A DNA stretch of 64,000 nucleotides from a virus: positions 264-64,263 of IMG/VR virus record IMGVR_UViG_3300048915_000044; one strand, 5' to 3'. This document shows, piece by piece, positions 7,674 to 17,655 of the stretch. The notes under the pieces are model-generated. The model did not search any database, was not told where the DNA came from, and saw only the letters and a list, made by a program, of their open reading frames with translations. Position numbers and translations under genes: made by a program. Within the stretch, counting starts at the first letter, position 1. Every line of letters begins with the position of its first letter.

Positions 7674-8554
7674 TGCGCGCCCCCGTCCGCTTGGCGGGCG
7701 GCCTTGCGCATTCCGCCGAAGTCGCCGCTCAAGTCCTTCTGCTCGCGGGCCGAGAGCTTCGCCCACCAGGCCGTCAGCGCGGCCATGCCGTTCATCGATG
7801 CATTGCGGCCGGCTTCCCGCAGGGCGTCGAGCGGGTCATGGGCGCCGTTGTCCGCCGCGTCGCCGCCCGCTGCCTTCGGCTTGGCGCGGTTCTCGTCATC
7901 CTCGCCGCCGGTGGCCGTGCCAGTGATGGCTAGCAGGGACTGGCGCTTGAGGTAGCTCGCGGACGACTGGGCGTTCTGGATCGGCGTGTTCGCCGACTGG
8001 TCATCGGCCGGGCCGTCGAGATCCAACGTATCCGAATGACCGCCGCGGTGCGACAGGATGCATGTCACCCAGACCCACGGGAAGGCCTTCTCGGTACCGT
8101 CGGCGGACAAGGCGACCTTGGAGCCGAAGGTCTGCTTGTGACGGAAGCCGAAACCATGCTTGGACAGCGCGGGCGACAGCATGCGGCAGACACTGTCGAA
8201 TTCGGCCTGCATGAAGGAGCCGGCGCGCCCGCGGTTCACCTCCTTGGCCTTCGGGATGATGATGTTCTCGCCCTTGAAGGCGGCGAAATCGGCCTCGAAC
8301 AGCAGTTTCGCGTCGCGCTGGCGATCCTGCTCCTGCTGCGCGCGGTATTGGAGGTCCATTGCCATCAGCCGCTCCAGGCGGTCGATGTCCTTGTCGCCAC
8401 TTTGCATGGCGATCTGGATCAGGTCGGCAGGCGTCACGACCCGGCCTTGAACGGCTGCGTCATTGCGCACGGTGACTGGCTGCTCGACGCGCGGCTGCAG
8501 GGCGAGTTCGACGGTTTCGCGCACGTCCTGCGTGTCGGCTAGTAGTTGGTTCAT
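7670..8554 (-). CDS. erf: ERF-family ssDNA-annealing recombinase
   Basis: LSPALSKHGF...VTC.LSH..GH...QNAQSSASYLKRQSLLAITG...EDD; start MNQLL at 8554. Confidence 0.85.
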   Translation of the reverse strand: MNQLLADTQDVRETVELALQPRVEQPVTVRNDAAVQGRVVTPADLIQIAMQSGDKDIDRLERLMAMDLQYRAQQEQDRQRDAKLLFEADFAAFKGENIIIPKAKEVNRGRAGSFMQAEFDSVCRMLSPALSKHGFGFRHKQTFGSKVALSADGTEKAFPWVWVTCILSHRGGHSDTLDLDGPADDQSANTPIQNAQSSASYLKRQSLLAITGTATGGEDDENRAKPKAAGGDAADNGAHDPLDALREAGRNASMNGMAALTAWWAKLSAREQKDLSGDFGGMRKAARQADGGAQ

Positions 8555-8576
8555 GGAATCCCCTTGAAGTTGAAGA

Positions 8577-10496
8577 TCAGCGGCCGAACAGCCACGCCGT
8601 GAAGCGGGCGAACAGGCCGGCAGGGCGCGGGGTGGGCATGGGATGGACGGGGTCGCGCATGGAACATCCGAAGGCTGACGAAAGCGTGCGGGGAGCGCGG
8701 CCGGTGTAGGCGGACGAGGACAGTCGGTACATGCGCTTCTTTCCTTTCGGTGCCGGAAAGTCCGGCCAGGGAGCCGCGAGGTCATTCGCAGCTTCGGTTT
8801 CGTGGAGCAGCGGACAGGTGCGACCTTGCCGGCAATCGAGTCCGCGCGTCTGGCAGTAGCAGCCGCTCGACTCAACGCGCGCGTCGGCCATAGAGCGCCC
8901 CCATGCAGAGCGAACGTCCCAGCGCGAGGCAGAACCACGCGAGCTGCGCGAGCCAGAAGCCGGCGAGGATCTGCAGGCCGGCGATCAAGATTCGCCCCCG
9001 AGCACCCTCACCGCGAAGCCGAGGGCTGCGACGGCAGTCGTGGCAAGCCAGACGGCCAGGGCGGGGATGCTGTGGGCACGGGCAGCCTCGTGATAGGCGG
9101 CGCGTTGGGTGGCGGTTGGGGTCACAGCTTCGCCCTCGCCCGCATCGCGCTGTCGGCGCACTGGTAGGCGATCCCCAGCAGCTCGTCGTCGGTGCATTGG
9201 TCGACGAGCACGCTCTTGTCGGCGCCGCGCCCGACCACGCCCATGATGATTGCGCCCATGGCATGCATGGCGAACTGGTCGCGGATGCTGGGTTGCTCGC
9301 CTGGCGTGGGCTCAGCGTGCAGCGGCTCGGCCGGCTCGGGAGTGAGCGTCGCTTGGGCCGACGCAGCGGCGGGGACGGAGACCTTCTTAATCATGAGTTC
9401 CACCTTCAGAGTCAGCGAGCATTCCGCTCAGTTCCAGGCGCTCGGCCTCGGGCTTGGCCCGGCCCAGCGTCACGTATTCGTCGAGCCGCGGCCGGCGGAC
9501 TTCGCTGGCGACGCTCGCCTGCAGCTGGCCGACCTTGAAAGCGAGCTTCTCGGTCAACGTCGCGATGGACGCCGCGTCACGCTTGATCGGCTCGATGGGG
9601 TCGCCAGCGCGGAAGTCGCGCAGGGCGGCGTTGTGCAACATGCCAGCGCTTTGAAGCCTCGTGGCGACATGCACGATGTCGGAGAGCAGCTCGGCGTTCA
9701 CGAGCGGTGCTCCTCGTCGAACGCCTCGTCCATGATCTCGGTGTCGTAGGGCGCTGCGTCGCGACGCAGCTGATCCCACAGGTCGTAATCCGGCTTGCTG
9801 GAGGCGATCAGCAGGGCGACGATGCCGATGATCAGCAGGACGCCGAGGACAAGGCAGATGATGACGGGGGCGCTCACGCCACCACCTCTTGCGCCATCGC
9901 CGGAATCGCAGCCGCGGGGTCGCGCCGGTCTGCGGAAGGCAAGCTTGTCGAGTGCACCGCTCGCGCTGTGTGATATTGCACAAACCGCGACTGGCGATGC
10001 AGCGCCGCGAGTTCTTCCGTGGTGGGCATGACGCCCCTCAGCGCGTTGGCGCAGATGTCTTCGAGCGCGAGGCTCAAGCGCAGGGCCTCGGCATTCGCAT
10101 CGGTGGCGTGGCGAGTGGCACTCATTGCGCGCTCCCGGTGGCATTGCGGTAGCCCATCCGCCGGCAGATCGCCGCCCACTTGTCCACGTCAACTTCGCTG
10201 AACTGGTCGAAATTGTCCTGGCCGCGGATGGTCGTGATGATCTGGTGCAGGGCAGCGCAGGCGTCCAGCGCGATGCCGACGTACTTGCTGTTCGGCGTGG
10301 GCTGCGCGTAGCGCGTCAGCAGTGCGTGGACATGCCGGGCTTCGGCGGCGTCCTCGTCTTGCGAGAACACGTCATCGGGATCAGCTGGCCGAGCGGGGCG
10401 GTAGGTCTGAGCGAAGTCGGCCGTGTCGTCCATCGCGTCGAAATCAGGCTGGATGAGCGCGGGCTCGAGGGTCTGCGCTTTGAGAGCGGTGTGCAT
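8577..10496 (-). CDS. Run of small hypothetical early genes (e.g. 9122-9403 with RDQFAM..AY..AD motif, 10122-10496)
   Basis: Tightly overlapping short ORFs downstream of PL; individual boundaries uncertain. Confidence 0.55.
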
Positions 10497-10550
10497 TTGC
10501 TTCCCCTTCCTCGGCTGCAGCGACGTGCTGTTTTCTGAGCCGATGAGGAA

Positions 10551-10591
10551 CTGTAGCCGCCGCTACCGATTTTGGCAAGAGCCAGCGCTAC
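10551..10591 (-). promoter_or_regulatory. PL promoter with OL operators
   Basis: Minus strand TTGCCA-N17-TACAGT; operator GTAGC-N4-GCTAC at 10553-10566 and a variant at 10578-10591. Confidence 0.75.
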
Positions 10592-10659
10592 CGATCATCT
10601 AGGGATAAACCCTATGTCTGTAGCTGAATGCTGGATTGGTCGGTTAGCCGACCGGGCGG

Positions 10660-11142
10660 TTACGGGTTCAGAAACCCTGCGCGAGCATCTTGGACTAGGG
10701 CGTCCATGACGCTACCCGGCGTTACCGGAAAGGTTTCCGGCGTCCGGTGGTTGTAGTTCATGACGTTCATGAACTCGCAGGGCTCAGCGCAACGCATGAT
10801 GATTGCGTTGCCCGTGATGGGGTCGTAGCTCGTGAATGAGTAGTCACCCTGAACCATGCCGTTGAAGTCGACCATGACGAGTGCTTTGGTCGCCAAGCCA
10901 GCAGCCTGGTCGACATCACTCATCGCAGTCTGGTACCCAAAGCTGGGGCCGCGCCGAGTTACCCAGTGATGTCTAGGCACCGACGGGGTTGGCTTGACGG
11001 TGGCGGCCGACACGGCCGCGGGTGCTGCATAGATAGGATCAACCACCGGCGCATCGGATGCTCTACTGCGGCCAAAGGACGCGATGGCGGCGGCTGTGAT
11101 GAGGCCAACACAGATGCCGCCGACGATGATTTCTGGACGCAT
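10660..11142 (-). CDS. Membrane-anchored protein co-transcribed with cI (exclusion candidate)
   Basis: N-terminal hydrophobic helix IIVGGICVGLITAAAIASF; starts 1 nt after the cI stop. Confidence 0.7.
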   Translation of the reverse strand: MRPEIIVGGICVGLITAAAIASFGRSRASDAPVVDPIYAAPAAVSAATVKPTPSVPRHHWVTRRGPSFGYQTAMSDVDQAAGLATKALVMVDFNGMVQGDYSFTSYDPITGNAIIMRCAEPCEFMNVMNYNHRTPETFPVTPGSVMDALVQDARAGFLNP

Positions 11143-11143
11143 G

Positions 11144-11764
11144 TCAGCCTCGGCGGCCAACTGTGCCATCGAAGATTGCCAGCACCTCGAGCCCATGTTT
11201 GACGCTCTCGAGCGTCAGGGCGCGCTCGGCCTGTGGCAGCGCGTGCCATGTGCCGTCGGGCGTGCCTTGGTATTCGCGGATATGCCAGTCTCCAGCCATG
11301 TCCTTCAGGAGCACATAGTCACCGTTTCTCGCCGGCAAGAGCCCAGCATCAAAGATCACTGTCGAGCCCCGTAGGATAGCGGGTGCCATTGTGTCGTCAG
11401 GTGCGACGACCGTGAAGCGCTGTTGCGCTTTGATCATTTTGTCATCCCTCCACGCGACCAAGGGTAGCCTAGATCGTGTCGGAATGTTCGCCGGTTCCTG
11501 GCTCACTGGCCGAGCCAATAGAAGGGGTAAAGGACCCCTTTTGTTGAATGAGTCAGCAGAAAACCATGCCCTGAACTCGTGGTGCGATTCGAGTCGGAGG
11601 ACGGTGTCCTCGGTGATCGGCCGTTCAGCGCGAAGCATCTGGCCAACGAATGAGCCGTCCTGATAGCCCAGCAGGCGCCCGAGCGCAGCTTTATTGCCGC
11701 CGATGTGGTCCACCGCAGCCTGCAGGCGCTCACGGCGCCACGCCTGAATCTCTTCCATAGACAT
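11144..11764 (-). CDS. cI: CI-like repressor (HTH + S24 domain)
   Basis: GGNKAALGRLLG...VGQML...ITE HTH; VAPDDTMAP.I..GSTVIFD...V peptidase-like C-terminus; divergent from cro. Confidence 0.88.
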   Translation of the reverse strand: MSMEEIQAWRRERLQAAVDHIGGNKAALGRLLGYQDGSFVGQMLRAERPITEDTVLRLESHHEFRAWFSADSFNKRGPLPLLLARPVSQEPANIPTRSRLPLVAWRDDKMIKAQQRFTVVAPDDTMAPAILRGSTVIFDAGLLPARNGDYVLLKDMAGDWHIREYQGTPDGTWHALPQAERALTLESVKHGLEVLAIFDGTVGRRG

Positions 11765-11773
11765 TTTTGGATG

Positions 11774-11831
11774 GTAGCTACCGCTACGGGAGCGATTGCG
11801 CTTGACGAAGCTGTAGCAGATGCTCCAGAAT
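11774..11831 (+). promoter_or_regulatory. OR operators and PR promoter
   Basis: GTAGC-TACC-GCTAC (11774-11787), GTAGC-AGAT-GCTCC (11813-11826), TTGACG at 11802. Confidence 0.7.
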
Positions 11832-11837
11832 GGGATC

Positions 11838-12134
11838 ATGAACCTCGACGAATACCTCAAACAAGCGGCCGGCGCGCTGAGTCCGGCTCAGTTGGCGGAA
11901 TCCATCGGAGTTGATCCCGCCCAGGTGCGGCAGTGGCAAATCGGATCGCGTGATCGCACGCGCAAAGGCGCTAGGCAGCCGTCCGCCGGATACGCCATGG
12001 CCCTCGAAATCGCCACCGGTGGCAAGGTGCGCCGCTGGGATTCGCGGCCGAACGATTGGCACGAAATCTGGCTTGACCTCATCGGCAGTCCCGGCGCGCC
12101 CCCAGTCCCAGCAAAGCCGGCGAAAGCCGCCTAG
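11838..12134 (+). CDS. cro: Cro/YdaS-like regulator
   Basis: LAESIGVDPAQVRQW...PS..YA..LE.ATGG.V.R...RP.DW..IW. Confidence 0.88.
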   Translation: MNLDEYLKQAAGALSPAQLAESIGVDPAQVRQWQIGSRDRTRKGARQPSAGYAMALEIATGGKVRRWDSRPNDWHEIWLDLIGSPGAPPVPAKPAKAA

Positions 12135-12200
12135 TTCCCACGCCGTGGCGCGGGCGTTCCTCTGCGCTGAGTTCACTTCAACCACCCAAAGAGGAAGACC

Positions 12201-12584
12201 ATGAAACGCAAATCCATCCCGACGTCCGAAGCCCAGCTGCGCGAATTCGTCACCGCGGGCATGAGCCGCAGGCAGATCGCCGAGAAGCTGCAGCTCGACC
12301 CCAGCCGCCTCGCTACGACGCTGACGGTGCTCGGCATCACTACCCCCCCCCGAGCAGCGGTGAGCGTGAATGCGCATGACGCCGTGGCGCTGCTGCTTCG
12401 CGGACTGACCATGAACCAGATCGGCGCCGCCTTCAAGGTGCACCCGGCGACGGTTCGCAACGCGCTGCTCGCGGCCAAGCTGCCGACTAACCTGCGCGCC
12501 GCCGTCCTCTGGAGCGAGAAGCAGAAGGCCAAGACCGTGGCTGCCCTGCGTGCCGTCGAGATTCCAGCCGAAGCCGCCGCCTGA
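12201..12584 (+). CDS. Protein with two tandem HTH motifs
   Basis: GMSRRQIAEKLQLDPSRL and GLTMNQIGAAFKVHPATVRN. Confidence 0.7.
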   Translation: MKRKSIPTSEAQLREFVTAGMSRRQIAEKLQLDPSRLATTLTVLGITTPPRAAVSVNAHDAVALLLRGLTMNQIGAAFKVHPATVRNALLAAKLPTNLRAAVLWSEKQKAKTVAALRAVEIPAEAAA

Positions 12585-12626
12585 CCCCGCAACCCTAGCG
12601 GCACTGCCGCGATTGGAGACCTTCCC

Positions 12627-13199
12627 ATGGCTGTTTCTATCAATGTTGCTGCCGCTGAGGCTGAGCACCGTGCTTGGCTTACGGCGAAGGCTGAGGGCAA
12701 ACTCGGCTACATCGATGCCGGCGCCATCGGCTTCGCTGCGAAGGCCTTCGCTGCCGCTCGCGATGGCGTGTCCTACATCCGCTATGAGCAGATGCCGCCG
12801 GAGTATGGCCGCTTTGGTTGCGATGGCCGCTATCGAATCGACGTCGAGGCCGCAAGCCCCGCAGACCGCGTCGCGCGCAAGAGTGGCAAGGTCACGCTCA
12901 CTGTTGATGCTAGCTACATGCTGGCGGCCGTGGAAGGCGGTTGGGGTCGCGACGGGTTCAACCACGACTTCATTCGCGACAACGACCGCCCCGGCATTGC
13001 CGCCATGGCTGCGAAGAACGTGCAGCCGACTCCCGAGCCAGTCCTGAGCGTCGGCGGCGAGCAAGTCACCGAGCGCGAGATCGCCCAAGCCCTGGCGCTG
13101 CTCCGCGGCCAGAACGCTCCGGCGGTCAAGGAGACGCCGCGAGGGCTGCTGACGGTGGCCGCGATGGATCACCGCCTCGGCCGCTGGAACGAGGCTTGA
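12627..13199 (+). CDS. Hypothetical protein
   Basis: 190-aa ORF with GGAG RBS. Confidence 0.75.
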   Translation: MAVSINVAAAEAEHRAWLTAKAEGKLGYIDAGAIGFAAKAFAAARDGVSYIRYEQMPPEYGRFGCDGRYRIDVEAASPADRVARKSGKVTLTVDASYMLAAVEGGWGRDGFNHDFIRDNDRPGIAAMAAKNVQPTPEPVLSVGGEQVTEREIAQALALLRGQNAPAVKETPRGLLTVAAMDHRLGRWNEA

Positions 13200-13202
13200 G
13201 CC

Positions 13203-13937
13203 GTGGCGCTCAACGAAGTCCGCCGCTTCTCCCGCAACACCGCGGGCCGGGACATCGCCGTCGGCGACATCCACGGCTGCGTGTCGCGGTTCCTTGGGTC
13301 GCTCGCAGCCATTGGCTTCGACGACACGAAGGACCGCTGTTTCTCGGTCGGCGACCTCGTTGATCGCGGCCCGGAGTCCCATCGCTGCGACGAGTTGATC
13401 GCACAGCCATGGTTCTTCGCGGTGCAAGGCAACCACGAAGACTTCGCCATCCGCTGGCCCAACGGCTACATGGACGCCAACAACTACGCGTCCAACGGCG
13501 GCGCCTGGAACATCGGCAACACGCATGACGAGCGTGTCCGATACGCCGCTCTTCTCGGCAGCCTGCCCGTCGCCATGGAGGTCGAGACGACCGCCGGCCT
13601 GGTGGGCATCGTCCACGCCGATTGCCCGAACGCGGACTGGAAGCGCTTCACGACCGAACTCGAGTCCGCGACCTCGACGCGCGGCCTGATCGCCAATGCG
13701 CGTGAGCTGTGCATGTGGAACCGCACCCGGGTGCAGAACGAAGACCGCACCCCGGTGGCCGGCGTCCGCGCTGTCGTCGTCGGGCACACGCCCATGGCGC
13801 AGCCTGTCGTCCTCGGCAACGTCTACCACATCGACACGATGGGGTGGCGTCCGCAAGGGCGCTTCACGTTCCTCGACCTGGACACGCTTCGGGTCATCGC
13901 GCCCGCGGCGGCGCCCGTCGCATGGGAAGGGGTCTGA
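13203..13937 (+). CDS. Ser/Thr protein phosphatase (lambda NinI / PphA-like metallophosphoesterase)
   Basis: GDIHG, GDLVDRG, GNHE, VGHTP, IDT motifs. Confidence 0.93.
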   Translation: MALNEVRRFSRNTAGRDIAVGDIHGCVSRFLGSLAAIGFDDTKDRCFSVGDLVDRGPESHRCDELIAQPWFFAVQGNHEDFAIRWPNGYMDANNYASNGGAWNIGNTHDERVRYAALLGSLPVAMEVETTAGLVGIVHADCPNADWKRFTTELESATSTRGLIANARELCMWNRTRVQNEDRTPVAGVRAVVVGHTPMAQPVVLGNVYHIDTMGWRPQGRFTFLDLDTLRVIAPAAAPVAWEGV

Positions 13938-14226
13938 GCAATGCAGGCTCATTCCTTCCCCGGCTTGGCTGCCCTGAGCGCCTTCACCCTCCGCACCAAG
14001 CGCTCGCGCTCGGTCGGTGCATCCAGGCTGGCCGCCAAGAAGGCGTACTCCCGCGAGATTGACATGCAGGCGCGTTTGAAGACTAGGCGCACGGCCTCGG
14101 CGGGAGTCGGTACAGGGGTTGGTTTCATCGGTAGTGGCGGGGCTGTTGTCCATGCCGCCACTGTCTCTTTTTTTGCCTAAGCGAACGAGTCATGCCGCGT
14201 CATAAAAAATTCAGGAGCATGCAGCG

Positions 14227-14643
14227 ATGCAGTTCGAACTGACCTATCGCCCGACCATGCAGGCAATCGATCCGGCGCTGATCTACAAGCAGCCGACGTT
14301 CACGAAGGCGCTTCACCTGTGCCAGACGCTGAGCGGCAAGGATGACGCCCAGTTCTACGGCCCCGATGGCATCGTCAAGGATCAGGCGCAGTGGTCGCGA
14401 ATCATGGGCCAGTCCGGCTCGGCGAACTTCCCTCAGGAGAAGCTGAATCTGTTCATGGACACCGCTGGCAATGAGGCGCCGATGCTCTGGTTGCTGCACT
14501 CCCGCAACTACGACATCACGATCCTGCGCCATGTCGAGACCGAGACCGAACGGAAATTGCGCGAGGCAACCAAGCGGGCGGAAGACGCGGAGATGCGTGT
14601 CCGCGTTCTGAGCGAAGTAATTAGCGGGAGGGTGACGTCGTGA
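14227..14643 (+). CDS. CII-like regulatory protein
   Basis: Position before the replication genes; QWSRI...KL..FMD..GNEAPMLWL pattern. Confidence 0.55.
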   Translation: MQFELTYRPTMQAIDPALIYKQPTFTKALHLCQTLSGKDDAQFYGPDGIVKDQAQWSRIMGQSGSANFPQEKLNLFMDTAGNEAPMLWLLHSRNYDITILRHVETETERKLREATKRAEDAEMRVRVLSEVISGRVTS

Positions 14644-15167
14644 CCGACAAGCCTTCGCGTGAACGAATCATGGCGCTGCTGGATGTTGAGGTGGAGACGG
14701 GAGTGATCCGCTGGCGTGAGAGCCGTGGACGGGCGCGGGCTGGGTCCATCGCGGGTCGCACCCACAAGCACGGCTATCGAGAGATCACGATCGACGGTCA
14801 GCAATTGATGGCGCACGCCATCGTCTGGCTGGTTGCTACAGGCGACTGGGCACCTTTGCTTGATCACCACGACGGCGTGCGAGATCACAACGCCTATTCG
14901 AATCTTCGCTTGGCGGACGCCGCGACCAATGCTCGCAATCGGACGAATTGGGTGCATAGGAAGTTGCTGGGGGCCTTCGCTCTCCCGAACGGTCAATTTG
15001 CAGCTCGCATCACCGCTGACGGCCGCGACTACGAACTAGGCCGGTTCGGTACAGAGCAGGCGGCACACGATCAATACAAGACGGCTCGAGCGGCCGTCGA
15101 TCTTGCGGAACTTCGAGCGCGGAAGAAGGTGCTGGAAGAAATGACTTCGCAGCGGAGCGTCGCATGA
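14640..15167 (+). CDS. HNH endonuclease with AP2-like C-terminus
   Basis: AG...HGYR.I.IDG...AH.IVW...LDH.DGVRDHN..SNLRLA...NARN...LGRF.T...A. Confidence 0.9.
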   Translation: MTDKPSRERIMALLDVEVETGVIRWRESRGRARAGSIAGRTHKHGYREITIDGQQLMAHAIVWLVATGDWAPLLDHHDGVRDHNAYSNLRLADAATNARNRTNWVHRKLLGAFALPNGQFAARITADGRDYELGRFGTEQAAHDQYKTARAAVDLAELRARKKVLEEMTSQRSVA

Positions 15168-16268
15168 CCCCAACCCTCCCACCCATCCCCTGGCAGCCGC
15201 TGCCAATCACGCCGTTGCCTGAGGTCTTTGAGGATGACACCCCGACAGGCTGGGCCTTGTGGGATGCCTCGATTCGCGTCTTGGACGTGCTGATCGCGGC
15301 GCGCAAGAGGGATGAGCGGATTGCGAAGGGGCTGTCGTGAAGATCGCCGCCTTCGCGCCCCATCTCGTCGGTCGAATGATGCCGGGGATCTTCGACTACC
15401 TCGGCATCGGCAAGGTCGAGCGCTTCCCTGGCGACCCCTACGCGCACCGCGAGCCTTGGGCGGCATTTTTCTGGATGCACTCGACCGAGTGCGCCAACGA
15501 CGAGCGCGGCTGCCGTCACGGCTTGTACCGCTCCAAGACCATCCCCATCGGCTTGCGCATTGCGGGTGAGCCGCCGCAAGCCGAGTTGTTCGCCTAACCC
15601 AAAGGCTACGCCATGCCCGACACAACGCCGTCCAACTTTCTGAAGCCCCTTGACCGGGACGCGCTCATCCATGCCGCACTCATTCGCGACACAGAAGAGA
15701 TCGACCGGATCACCGACGAACTCGCGCGGCAAGGCGTGTGCCGTCCTCGCGACGACATGAGCCGCATGGCCGAGTGGATCGAGCGCCGCGGGCTGCAAGC
15801 ACCGGCTCTCGAGATTTCGGACGCACCCATCATCAAGGTGGCGGCGGAGTCCGACATCGGCGCAACCATGGCGGCGCATTTCCGGGGGATCTTCGCCGGA
15901 GCCCAGCAATGAGCTACGCCCCCACCGAAGGCACCATTGCCGCCCGCGCCATCGAATTCATCGAAAAGCGCCTGGATCGCATGCCCAAGGGCGCGTGGCT
16001 CGCCAACACCGAAGTCAGCGCTGCGCTGGGCGTGCCGCCGAACGCCATCCGGCCCTCACTGGGCCCGGCAATCGACGCAGGGCTTATCGAGCGCTCTCTC
16101 TGCCCGAGCGGCTACACGCAGTGGCGTATGGGGTTCATCAAGCCACGTCGCCGGCCGACCAAAGCAAAGCCGCCAGAGGTGCCGAAGTTCTCGATTGCCT
16201 GGCCGCCCGGCTTCGTGTCGAAGTTCGACTCGATCAAGGTGGCGTCCTACGAAGAGCGGAGGAAGTGA
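15164..16268 (+). CDS. Four small hypothetical genes (15164-15340, 15337-15597, 15613-15912, 15909-16268)
   Basis: Overlapping start/stop coupling. Confidence 0.6.
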
Positions 16269-16834
16269 TGGCCCCCAAGAAAGGACAACGCCTTGGCGGC
16301 GTCTACGAACTGGAAGACCTGCGACTTCGCTCACGGATCGAGCCCGAGTGCGGCTGTTGGCGGTGGGGCCTTCGAAAGAATCCTGCCGGCGCGGCGAGCG
16401 TGACGATGGTTCTGGACGGCAAGAAGCGCGACATGAATGGCCGGCGCGCGGCGCTGATCCTGGCCGGCTTTAAGCCCAAGCCCGGGCAGGACGCGATTCC
16501 ATTGGCTATTTGCCCGCATGTGGACTGCGTCAACTTTGAGCACTCACGTTTCGGCAGCCGCAAGGAGCGGAACCAGGCGCTTGCCGCCCGCGGAGTCTGG
16601 GGCGACCCGAGCAACTACGCAGCGCTCGTCGCTCATGCGCGCTCGATCCGCAAACTCGACGACAACAAGCGCCTTGAGGTCGCCTGCTCGCCAGAGACGG
16701 GAAAGGCATGGGCCGAACGCCTGGGTGTCAGCGAGAGCCTCATCAGCGCGATTCGCCGTGGTGAGCGCAGGTCGCCGGTGGCAAGCGTGTTCGAGTGGCG
16801 CGGAGCCGCCGCCATGGGAGCGCAACGCCCGTGA
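16268..16834 (+). CDS. Degenerate His-Me finger (HNH-like) protein
   Basis: CGCWRW...RRAA...C...DCVNFEH. Confidence 0.55.
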   Translation: MAPKKGQRLGGVYELEDLRLRSRIEPECGCWRWGLRKNPAGAASVTMVLDGKKRDMNGRRAALILAGFKPKPGQDAIPLAICPHVDCVNFEHSRFGSRKERNQALAARGVWGDPSNYAALVAHARSIRKLDDNKRLEVACSPETGKAWAERLGVSESLISAIRRGERRSPVASVFEWRGAAAMGAQRP

Positions 16835-17655
16835 GCGAAGAAGAGAAGGTTGACGCCTTCATGCCCCTCTGGATCGGCGCCTACCTGGCTGACACGCTCA
16901 AGTTCACCACCCTGCAGCACGGAGCATACATCCTGCTGCTCATGGCGTACTGGCGCGACCGGACGCCATTGAAGGACAACGACGACGAGCTCCGCAGCAT
17001 CGCAAAGTTGGAGCGCGGCGAATGGCGCAAGAACCGGCCAGTCCTGGCCGCCAAGTTCCGCGTGTCGGACGGCTTTTGGTGGCACAAGCGCGTCGAGCAG
17101 GAACTCGCGGATGCGCAGAAGCGCAAGGCCGCAGCCGTTGCCAAAGCCAAGAAGGCGGCTGAGGCACGCTGGGCCAAGGGTGAGCCAGATGACCCCGAGA
17201 CGCCAACCGAGCATCCTGTTGAACAGTCTTCCAAGGATGAAGCAAGCAATGCTCCAAGCATTCCACAAGCACCGACTCAAGAACTGCTTGCGGACTGCCC
17301 TACATCTCCACCTACTACTACCTCTCCCTCACTACGTTCGGGAGAGGGGCGCTCCGCGACTCCTGCTCGTCCTGAGGACGTGAGCCCAGAGGTGTGGGTG
17401 GATTGGCTCGCACTACGGGCCAAGAAAAAGGCGCCCGTCACCGCGACGGTGCTGAAGGAGGCGCGCAAGGAATGCACCAAAGCCCACCTCACCCTTGAGC
17501 GATTTTTCGAGATCTGGTGCGCTCGCGGCTCACAAGGCTTGGAGGCCTCCTGGCTGCGCGAGAGCGAACGAGGCTCACCGACCAATGGAAAACACGCCGG
17601 CTTTGCCGACAAAAACTATCGCGAAGGAATTAACGATGACGGCTCTTTCACTTGA
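16831..17655 (+). CDS. DUF1376/YdaU-like replication initiator
   Basis: FMPLWIGAYLADT..FT..QHGAY.LLLM.YW...W.HKR.E.E; C-terminal W..W...R..KK.P.T domain; GTG start. Confidence 0.85.
   Translation: MSEEEKVDAFMPLWIGAYLADTLKFTTLQHGAYILLLMAYWRDRTPLKDNDDELRSIAKLERGEWRKNRPVLAAKFRVSDGFWWHKRVEQELADAQKRKAAAVAKAKKAAEARWAKGEPDDPETPTEHPVEQSSKDEASNAPSIPQAPTQELLADCPTSPPTTTSPSLRSGEGRSATPARPEDVSPEVWVDWLALRAKKKAPVTATVLKEARKECTKAHLTLERFFEIWCARGSQGLEASWLRESERGSPTNGKHAGFADKNYREGINDDGSFT

Noticed and set aside
11784-14153. 789-aa minus-strand ORF
   Set aside because: Shadow of cro, the HTH gene and the phosphatase, which have clear motifs on the plus strand.
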